A stretch of 64,000 nucleotides of DNA. It comes from Saccostrea cucullata. Taxonomy: Eukaryota. The notes under the pieces are model-generated. The model did not search any database. It saw nothing but the letters and a program-made list of their open reading frames with translations, and was not told where the DNA came from. Positions 25,881 to 36,500 of the stretch are shown here, one piece after another. The stretch's first letter is position 1, and every line of letters starts with the position of its first letter. Both the position numbers and the translations under genes were made by a program. Where the stretch lies: assembly GCF_032062105.1 (NCBI RefSeq), contig NW_026938421.1, positions 682,001 to 746,000 on the forward strand, given 5' to 3'.

Positions 25881-28800
25881 GCTAGATTGTTTCTGGGTCA
25901 ACAGCTCAGCAATCTTGTCAATGAACTCAAATGTGTTCAGGTAATCTGATCTTTGGACACTGAAATTTAAAAAACAACAACTCATTTTTACCGCTGAATG
26001 TGAATATAAAAATGTTCATGGTATGTAATGTGCTGAATATGTGTGACACAATACCTCTCTCTATGTTCTAACTTGGTGCTATACATTGTTTGTATCTTTA
26101 TAGCAAGAGTTCGTAAATTCTTCTCGAACAAATCTAATACAAAACATGTTACGTAGGATCTCATAATATTAATATATTACATACATGTATATTACTTTTT
26201 TAAAAAAGAATTCCAATACAACATTCAGTATGAAAAATTCTATGAATAGTACTGCCTACTTGTACAATAACATTCCTTTGATTCAGATAATACTGCCTAC
26301 TTACTTCTCCATGACTTTGATACAGATAATATTGACTACTTGTTCAAGTCTTTTATTCAGATAATACTGTCTACTTACTTGTTCAAACCTTTGATACAGA
26401 TAATATTGCCTAATACTTGTTCATGCCTTTGCTACAGATAATACTGCCTACTTACTTGTTCATGCCTTTGATACAGATAATACTGCCTACTTGTTCATGT
26501 CTTTGATATAGATAATACTGCCTACTCACTTGTTCATGTCTTTGATACAGATACATGTAATACTGCCTACTTACTTGTTCATGCCTTTGTTACAGATAAT
26601 ACTGCCTACTTGTTCATGTCTTTGATACAGATAATACTGCCTACTTACTTGTTCATGCCTTTGATACAGATGGCTAGATCTTTGGTCATTATGCCTGATT
26701 CAATGGTTTCTATACATGCCCTCTCAAGGTCATCAGAGAACTTCTTTAGGGCATCATTCTTGTCCAGCTTAGCTCTGTGGGCAAGTCCCCGGGTCCAGGC
26801 AAAGATGGAAGCTTTAAAGAAATTGTTAAGAATTTTATACCTGTCATTTCAGATCTTGGTCTTGTATACAATTAGTATTTATATGCAAAGATAACTTTTT
26901 TTTTCTTCAGGAATCTTTGTCAGTCCTATAGACTTTTTTTTAAAGTAAGGTTTGATTTACACATTGACAACAAACCAGAAAACAAGACTATTTATCTAGG
27001 AACAAGTTTCATCTATATGTTTGCCAACTTTCTTATTTCAAACATAATGTAACTAATCTTAAATCATTCAGTTTATTTCAGGGAAACCATACATATTTTC
27101 TATAATTTGAGCTTTACCAATGGAGTTTGTCGATGTTTCGCTTCCTTTCTGATGTTGACGAAAATGCCTGGTTACTGTTCCGTGAGCAGCCTCGGCTTCA
27201 ATAGTTTTACCGTCTGGGCAGACCAATACGCTGGTCATCATTCCTAGGGATCCGAAACCTACAGACAGCCAGGCATAAAAATTACAAATAAACTTGTGTT
27301 TCACAGTGACCAATCTACTTCTCAGATAGACTTTTTTTGTTGCTGTGTTGTACATTTGGGTAAATATCACGAACCTTGAGCAACAGAATCAGACTGTACA
27401 TCTCCGTCGTAGTTCTTACATGCCCATACAAAGCCTCCCTCTGATTTCATGGCGTACGCTACCATGTCATCAATAAGTCGATGCTCGTACCAAATCTTTT
27501 TCTCCTCATAAGCCTTCTTGTAATCTCTAAATACATGTAAATTAAAGAATCCAATGTGTTTACTCTAAATGAATGAGAAAATTTGTTTATATATAAAATA
27601 TAATAATATTCTACTCACTTTTCATAAATTTCTTGAAATATATCTTTGAATCTTCCATCATATTTCTTCAGAATGGTATTCTTTGTACTGAAAAAGACTT
27701 CACCTTTAATACTGTATACAGGAAATTTTTGCCCCCATTTTATTTTCGTCCCTTTCGCCCTCTTCTTGATTCGGCAAATTTAAAACGGGGCAATTTCAAA
27801 TTATACAGCATAATTTCTTACACAAAACTATGACTGGGCGAATTTAAAACTGGGCAAAATTGCACGGAGTTGCAAAAGGGCTGTGCCGGAACTCAATCCG
27901 GAATTTAATTCGTTACTGTTCTAATTTTACTCTCGCTTTCATATTTCCCGCGTGGAGATCAGCAAGTTGTTTACCGATGGAATTTGGCTGTTTCATCTCT
28001 ATCAGATGACAGTGTAAGTTTGCAAACATGTTTTGATAATTATTTTTATGATATGTAACAAATTTAAAGCTATTCTTGTTATGTGCCACTTCATAAATGC
28101 AAATTTGAGCTGTTATGTACTGAAGGCTGATTTTGTCAATGTATGGTGCGCATTTTCTGTCACATGAATTAAGTGATAACTTTCATACTGGTTATGTGTG
28201 AGAATAATTGGCTGTTGAAAATCTTTGGTATTTTTTTTAATAGTTATTGATTATTTCTACATGTTATTGTTGTTTTCATTTGCAGTTTTTCACCTGATGG
28301 AATAAAGGAATCGCTACTGTAACACTCTTATGTTCATCATGTTAGCTGTCTGCAAACCTACCTAGAGGCAGCACAAGGGCGAAAATAACCCGGGGCGAAT
28401 TTAACCCTGTATACAGTATATGGTGTGCTACTGACAGATACAATAAATAAATGCTTACTGGTACAAAATCCAATTTCTTTCAATTCTGATCTGTTCACTT
28501 GTAAGCTTTAAGCTTGAGTACAGTTATCTGTAACTAAAATTTGTTTTTTTAAGATTGAACAAAATAAAAAATTCACCTCAAATATAGTGGCCATTCTTTT
28601 TGTAGAGTAAACTGGAATGAACTATGGGCAAATTCTCTTATACTCTTCAATGAAAAAAGAACATATTAATGTGAATAATATAAAATTAAAACAGTGAATT
28701 AGAATATTGCTTTTTGTAGAATTGAAAACTGCTCTCATGTCTCATAATATGCTTTGATTTATGAATGATCTTGTTATAATAATTGACTGCCACATAATGA

Positions 28801-31800
28801 ATAGAGCTTTGATTCTATTCCCAGAAAAATAGGAGAAAACCAGATATATGTTCAGTATTAAAAAGTTTAAATATACAAGTGGACCCCCTTAACCCCCACC
28901 CACCCAGGGGATAGAGTCATGATTTAGACAAAATTGAATCTGTGCTACTTGAGGATGCTTCGATATAAACATAACAAATCATGGCTTTTCTATTCTTGAA
29001 AACAAGATTTTTAAATATTCCTATGCAAATTTATGAACCCCCACTGTGATCCACCCTACCCCTGTGGCTTGTGGGGTCATGATTTGTACAATCTTTAATC
29101 TACACAATGTGATAAAGCTTTCACATGAATTTGTCTTTTCTGACCCTTTTGTTTTTGAGATTTTCAAAAGATACCATTAAATTATCTCCCCTTGAAAGAT
29201 GATATGAATAAACATAAATTCATGCTCTTTGTGCATGAATGCTTTGTGGCAAGTTTAGCTGAAATTGGCCCAGTGGTTCTTGAGAAGGAAATCCAGTCAA
29301 AGCGCCCCCTAATAAAACCGTCCCGGTCAAAGCGTCCCCTGATTTTGGTCAAAGCGTCCCCTGATTTTGGTCAAAGCGCCCCTTATAGAATTTTACAGTA
29401 AAATGATGTTACAAAACATCCCCCAAACCGCCCCCAAATATTGGTCAAAGCGTCCCCTGATTTTAGTCAACGTGCCCCGGCCCTGATTTTTGTCAAAGCG
29501 CCCCATTACATTTTTTACTTAGAAAAAATCGTCTGGGAACCGTCCTCAAGCAATGGTCAAAACGTCCCCGATTTTTGTCAAAGCATACCCTGATTTTGGT
29601 CAAGGCGCCCCCTAATTTATTTTTACAAACATGTTACGGAATAAAGCAATGGTCAAAACGTCCCCGACTTTGGTCTAAGCGTCCCCTGATTTTGGTCAAG
29701 GCGCCCCCTAATATATCTTTACAAACATATGTTACGGAATAAAGCAATGGTCAAAACGTCCCTGATTTCGGTCAAGGTGCCCCCTATTATATTTTTACAA
29801 ACGTGTTACGGAATAAAACTGTTTTGTATTTATAATATTATCATTCTTTGGCAGTTACCTGAAAAAATTCTATAAGGGGGCGCTTTGACCAAAATTAGGG
29901 GACGCTTTGACCAAACCCAGGGGACGCTTTGACCATTTCTTGGGGACAGTAAAGATTTGTTTGAATAAAAATATTTTTTTCTATAAAATATGTTAGGGGC
30001 GCTTTGACCAATATTTGGGGGCGGTATTTTTTCTATAAAAAAATTTTAGGGGGCGCTTTGACCAAAATCAGGGGACGCTTCGACTAAAACTTGGGGACGC
30101 TTTGACCGGGACATTTTTATTATGGGGCGCTTTGACTGGCTCCCCTTGAGAAGAAGTCAGAATGTTAAAAATTTACAGAGACACACAACAGAAGACAGAA
30201 CCAGGCAGACACTCTAGATCTTCAATCAGAAAGCTCAACTGAGCCTTCAGCTCAAGTGAGCTAAAAATTAATTAACTTACAATCTTATTTTTACTGCTTT
30301 ATTTAGCATTGATGAGAGCAATAATAAAACAGCAGTAAAATAATATTGTAAACAGTAGGTCTGGATACTCCAGTCCCTATAGCTCTTACCTTGTCTGTGT
30401 TATACATGGCCAGGGCTACACCTCCCGACTCTGTAAAGTCAAACACATTGTAGTTCTGTTCCTGGCCGCCATTAGCTGGTGTGAACTTGATCTCGAGTTT
30501 GCCAGGTCCAGGTACAACAAAATCTGTGGCGCGGTACTAAAAATAGAACACATCGTCTATAATACAACAAAATCTGTGGGGCGGTACTAAAAATAGAACA
30601 CATCATCAATAATACGACAAAATCTGTGGCACCGAACTAAAAATAGAACACATCATCTATGATACAACAAAATCTGTGGCACGGTACTAAAAATAGAACA
30701 CATCACCAATAATACAACAAAATCTGTGGCACGGTACTAAAAATACATCATCAATAATTCAATATGGTGGAAACTGAAACACTTGAACCTGACAAACTAC
30801 TGAATCAATATGGTGGAAATTAAAACAAATTAACCTGACAAGTTACTGAATCTTGTTCCCACATAGCTATAAAATAATCCTTTTTACCTGGTCTCCATAA
30901 GCATGACGGCCTATAACGATGCTCTTTGTCCATCCAGGTACAAGACGGGGAATGTTGCTACAGATGATGGCTTCACGAAAAACTGTTCCTCCTAAAATAT
31001 TTCTAATGGTTCCATTAGGAGACTTCCACATCTTCTTCAAATTGAATTCTGAAATTATCAAATTAAATTAATATCAATGAATTAGTTACAATAGAAAAAT
31101 AAATTAAATCATTGTGTAAAATGTGGTTCTTACCCTGCACTCAATAAAACAATGTTTGGTATCTACTCTCAACTCTGTAAAAATGTTTTTCTACCCAACT
31201 TCTATTCAATAATGTAATAATTATATGTGGTATATCATACACTACATATAATTATTACATTATTGAGTATATCTATATGTGGTGCCTAACTTAAGTGGTA
31301 ATCAGCCTTTACTTTATAATGTGAAATGTGGTGCCTTCCCTTTACTCTTTAAAGTAATATGTGATCATTAACTCTAATCTTTAACAAAATATAAGATACC
31401 TTCCTTCCACTGTTTAATATTAAATGTGGTAGCTATATACAGTATATGTACCCCAATCTGTATTAAACAAGAGATGTTGTGAAAGACTTGCCCCCCCCCC
31501 CCCTCCTCCTAGACATACACTGAAGTGTTTACAAGCCTTAATTATTTATTATGGGCAGTGTACATAGAAATGCAAAATAAATGTGTATAGATATGTGCAT
31601 AATTTGCATAGAAAACGAATGGAAACTGCAAATAAATAGAATTTTCTATCATGTCCAAGGGGCACAACTCTGTCAAAAATTGCTTGATTGCACCCAAAAC
31701 AGGAACATGACCTAGATATTCCTCTGATTAATCTGTAAACCAAATTTCATTTCAGTATGTGCAACCTCTGCAAAGAAAATGATTGAAACTGTTGGTACCA

Positions 31801-33178
31801 AAAGACAAAATAACCAACTGAAAGAGAGCAGCAAAGCAATAAGCCCACCCCTCTTCAAAGGGGGGCATAATAATATGGCACCTACCCTCCACTCTCTTCT
31901 CATCTGGGGTAATGGTGGCACACTTAATTCCCACATTGTACTTCTTAATAGCATTGGCAGCATCAATTGTTACTGAAAAAAAAATCAGAGGGAACAGATA
32001 AGTAAATCTTTATAAGGCTTTTATAAATCAGTATCACAAACAATGTAATATGTCAAATACAATACTCAAATACCCAATTACAAACTTGAACTTATTTAAT
32101 ATTCATGATTTTTATTTATTTATTTATTTTTCTTCTTTTTTTTTTTTTGAGTCCAGATGGTGAACTTTTCCTAATTCAGGAATTAAATTTTCTTAGTTTC
32201 CTTGTCTTTCCAATCCATTAAAATATTTTGCTCTATCAAATGATTTCAAAGTATTTATAATTTATTTAGCTAAACTTTTACTCTGGATTAAACCCTGTAA
32301 TATATTTTTATGTACAATCTAATATGATGAAATAACAATGTTGATTTTATAAGTTTTTTTTTTAAGCAATGAAACCTCCACTGAGGGAAATCCTTCATTG
32401 TTACCCTGTGTATACCCTGTGGTAATATTATATAACTGTTGAGTAACAAGTCTGTTATATAATCACATTCAATGTACCTTGGTCATCTGTCGCGTCTCGA
32501 TTTTCCATTCCAAGATCATAGGAATGGAGCTCTAATTCCACAAAAGGCAGGATCAACTTCTGTTTGATTAAATCCCAAATGACTCTGTAAAATTTTGAGG
32601 AAAAAAACTTTGTAGCAACTCAATCATTAATAACAATTTTAATTAAATGAAATATCATTTAGATTTTGTGAAATTAAAATAATTTAATGTTATAAAATGC
32701 CAAAGAAAACTATCAACCCTCCCTTGAATATTAAGGTGATATAAATGTAATTTGCCCCCATCCCCCCTTTTTTTAGACATGTTTCATGGCCCTTATTTTG
32801 AATGCTCTAATTATAGATCCGCCAATGAAATCCGACATGCCACATGTCATTCGATATTCTACTCATCTTTCAGAATTTAAGTAGAAACTCGTTCATGACC
32901 GAAAGAAAGCATTTAAAAAATAAATTTATATAGATAGATATTAATAACAATTTTTTCCCTCTTTCATTAGAGATGAAAATGATTTAGTATAATAAAAACA
33001 GCTGTGGACAGATGCTCCGCCCACTTTTGCATGTCTTACCGGGTCATTTCATCTCCTTGCATTTCAACAACTGGTCCTCCTGCAAAACAAAGCCAATTTA
33101 TTAATTTTTGTCATATCTTGAATTGCTTAACGATATTATTTTCTTCAGTTTAGATCGCATACCTTTGATTTTCCCCAT
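25878..33178 (-). CDS. IDH1: Cytosolic NADP-dependent isocitrate dehydrogenase
   Basis: 12 exons (-): 33178-33163, 33079-33040, 32584-32478, 31972-31886, 31048-30888, 30536-30390, 28644-28577, 27687-27619, 27526-27375, 27258-27118, 26811-26649, 25959-25878. [19 protein letters not shown] with no mitochondrial leader, [74 protein letters not shown]. Ends ...[11 protein letters not shown]. Confidence 0.97.
26250..26670 (-). repeat. Tandem repeat (35-39-bp unit, about 11 copies) of the IDH1 exon 11 end plus 5' splice site
   Basis: - strand unit ATCTGTATCAAAGGCATGAACAA|GTAAGTAGGCAGTATT. Copies degenerate with distance from the exon. Confidence 0.9.
27712..28416. mobile_element. TA-TSD MITE (related copy at about 45365-45560) carrying a nested solo LTR
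   Basis: TA|CTGTATACAGG...CCTGTATACAG|TA with GGGCGAA/TTCGCCC subterminal motifs. Confidence 0.75.
27882..28375. mobile_element. Probable solo LTR (494 bp)
   Basis: TGTG...CACA termini, 5-bp TSD AGGGC (27877-81, 28376-80), internal AATAAA at about 28301. Absent from the sister MITE at 45365. Confidence 0.65.
29287..30144. mobile_element. Foldback-like non-autonomous TIR element nested in an older HINE-type repeat
   Basis: Arrays of GGTCAAAGCG(T)CCCCTGATTTT at the left and the reverse complement at the right; TSD CTTGAGAA(G) at 29279 and 30145. Confidence 0.8.
30513..30750 (-). repeat. Tandem repeat (50-bp unit, 5 copies) of the IDH1 exon 6 3' splice site plus first codons
   Basis: - strand unit ...GATGTGTTCTATTTTTAG|TACCG(C/T)GCCACAGATTTTGTTGTA. 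The acceptor AG recurs at 30537, 30587, 30637, 30687 and 30737. Confidence 0.9.
31467..31871 (-). mobile_element. HINE-type non-autonomous element; family relatives at about 8070-8246 (+) and 42930-43350 (+)
   Basis: TTATGC(C/A)CC start, microsatellite-like segment and a shared end GGGGCATAGTGTTTCACAAACACATCTTGTT (or its degenerate reverse complement). Confidence 0.6.
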
Positions 33179-33563
33179 TTTTCTTGTACAGAGACCGGTA
33201 ATACACGCGTGCGTACAAGTTTGACGTTATCGCCTGAATGAACTTTGGACGCTACGGAAGAGCCCGTGTGTCATAAATTTGAGGCTCACCATGGGACACA
33301 GGCAGATTTTGAAATGTCGAGAAAAAATGAATACACGAACACCATCAACAATATTTATATTCTAAAGTAATTAAATTTTTCACTTAAAAAATATGATTCT
33401 GGGAGGGAAAAAAGGAAAGATATTAAAATACTAACGTAATTCAACAGTAGACTCTTTTTCCGGAAAAATACTTAATAGGCCAAGAGATGATGTAGGAACT
33501 GGATTTACACACATCTTTACTTTGCAATACGCAGTTTTTTTTTCCTGCAAACAATTCAACAAG
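33179..33563. promoter_or_regulatory. Probable bidirectional promoter between IDH1 and PARK7
   Basis: The two start codons are 385 bp apart and divergent. The region is locally CpG-enriched and contains CGGAA(G/A) ETS-like and TGACGT motifs. TSSs were not determined. Confidence 0.55.
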
Positions 33564-36500
33564 ATGCCGACTGCTGTTGTGTTGCTGGCAGAAGGTGCCG
33601 AAGAAATGGAAACTGTCATTTCGGTTGATGTCTTGCGTCGTGGAGGTGTACGTTTCCTTTCACTGAACATTTCTTTTTTCGTGTAAAGTGAAAGTAGAAA
33701 TTCATGCCGGCTGTGCAAATATATCGCATGTGTTACGGTTTCAGTATTTGACACTGTCAAGTATGTTTTGTTGTTGTAAACTAAATAAAAATGCCACTGT
33801 TCAGATACAACTCCCTTAAGAAGACACTGTATGCTAACACTAATTATTATACCTCTACTGATTTTTTTTGCTATATAAAAGTAATGCAGTGAAATGTGAA
33901 TAATTCCCTAGAAATCTCGGTGAATGGACGAATTCCCTGTGTTTTAGTTAAATGAGCTAATCCTTGTTTCTGTAGCTAAATCCCCGGTTATCCGTAATTC
34001 TCTAGATTTTACTTTTGTATTGGTCTAATATGTTAATGGATTAATTCCCCATGCGATAGTCTTGAAGCAAATTCCTCGCCATTCGTTAAACTCTATTTGT
34101 ATCTGTAACAGAGACAATTTTGTGCCTCTGCTGGGGATTGAACCCAGGGATCTGGCTTGCCAGTCCAGTGCTCTACCATTGAACTAAAGGGTTAACTCAC
34201 TAGCCCAAGCTAGTAGGATGCCATGTACCTTAAAATTACATTACTACATTGTCCCCCTCCAGGGAATGAAATGTCCTCATGTCTTTGGGAGTGCCACACC
34301 TAAGGGGCGAAGTTCTAGGGGCAATCACTCTCACCAGCCAGAGAACACCTGGGTCCCAACGTGGGCGCCAAATGTAACAGAGACAATTCTGTGCCTCTGC
34401 TGGGGATTGAACCCAGGACCTCTGGCTTGCCAGTCCAGTGTTCTACCAACTGAGCTAAAAGACTAGGCCAAGCTAGTACTGGATGCCATGTATCTTACAC
34501 TACTACATATCGGTATAATAAAACAGTTAAAAAGTATATCATTGAGGGAGTTAACAAGATTCCAGTTCCTCTCGCCAGGAAAATTGTCCTGGTCTTGGGG
34601 AACTGAAATCTTGCTAACTCCCTCAATGATATGCTCTAACTGTATACTGTAATATTAATACTAAGGCCTAATTATGAGTCTGCTAGCTGTCTTTCTTCAA
34701 TTCTTGTGTCACATGTAAAAATTGTTCAGCACTAGAGCTGCATGAAAACTAGGACTTTTATATTTTGGAATTGTATTTCATATGACCAGAACTTTGTTTG
34801 GGGAGCAGTATTTTCTTTTGACCTTGACATTTGAATTTTAACAGGTGCCGCAGAAGTATACAAGAACATTGTTTATGATTGGAGCTTTGTTAGGGTTCCA
34901 CCATTTTCTTTTACCTTTTGACCTTAAACTTTGACCTTCTCTCATTAAATTTTAACCTTGGACATATTTTTTAATGGTGGGTGCCTGCAGGGGTTTTATT
35001 TATTATCACATATATTTCTTGTGACAGGCATTTCTTTGACAATGACCTTGACCCTTGAGGTTTGACCAACATTCAAGTTTGAAAAGAAATTAACTTTGCC
35101 TATACTTTTTAAATGCTTGGTGATAGGGCTTTCATATTTCACATGTCATGCATTCCTTGTGTTAATAAAATCTTTTCTTTGTTACTAAACTTTTACCTCA
35201 TGACCTTGACCTTGGAATTTGATCTAATTTTGAAAACTTTAATCTGCGCCATATTTTCAGAATCACTATTTGGGGGGGGGGCTTTTCTTTCACATATGTA
35301 TTTCTTAATTTGTGTCATGATTTTTGGGGGATTTTCACCTATATTTATTAACTTATGGTCTTGATGTTGAAGGTTTACCCACATTTGAAATCTTAGCCTT
35401 GAGCTGCTATACGGGGGACTAATTGTGTCTTAAACACATTTTGTTTCTACTGTACAACTAAGCAATTTTACTCTTGATTTCTCAAAATCTACATCTTTTG
35501 AAAACTTGCATTGTTTCATTGGATGATTCTAGACCCAGTTTAATCCGGTATGCTAATCTCTTTAAAAATTTTAATTACATGTATTGGTATTTAGGTAGAC
35601 AGACATCTCGGCCCATCGACACCTCTGCCTGTGACAGTTGACACCTAAGCCCTCACAGGTCGGCCCAAAATTATTGACACGTCGGCCCATATAAAAGACA
35701 CCTCGGCCCAAGCAAATTTGTGGTAGAAAAAATTAATTCAGTGTCTGAATTGAAGTTAATAATAAAAAGATGTCATTTTTTTGGACGGTTTAACATTTTT
35801 TAAAAATCAAATAAGGAAGGGGGATGGGTCTATCATAGACTCTATGAAAGATGATTAGTTTATTTCTTAAACTAAATAATTTTAAATTCATGGAAGGAAT
35901 TTTCTTAATGTACAATGTGGCTGAAACCATAACTTATAACTTTTGTGAATGTTTTCATAAGAAATGTTGGAGATGTTGTTCAGTGGAATTTTTAAAAAAA
36001 CGTGCAGACCCAAATTTAAGCCTGCTCATAATTAACCCCCATTGTCACTTGTATGGAGACTGCGGCTTTTTGTTTATCAATGTCTTCTCATTCCTTGATT
36101 ATAGTCAATATACTCGTGGAAGTTTTTGTATAATTAAAAAATTTATGACACAAATTCTGAAAACGGAAAAATACTTTATTTCTCAATGAATTTTTGCTTG
36201 GGTCGAGGTGTCTTATGTATGGGCCGACCTGTCTTTAATTTTGGACGGACCTATCTGAGCCAAGGTGTCACTGGACCGAGATGTCAATGGGCTGAGGTGT
36301 CTGACATTCGGTATTTATTATATAAAAGCAGGTTGAAATAGCTGACTTTTTTCTTAATTTGTAGATAGATGTGAAGTTAGTTGGGCTACATGGGACTGAG
36401 CCTGTACACTGCAGCAGAGATGTGAGAATTGTACCGGACACCACCCTGACAGAGGCCCAGAAGTCAGCTCCGTACGACGTAGTCGTCATGCCAGGGGGAG

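Noticed and set aside
27600-30390. Suspected missing IDH1 exon (SIEDFAH...IFQEIY region)
   Set aside because: It is present as two short exons, 28644-28577 and 27687-27619.
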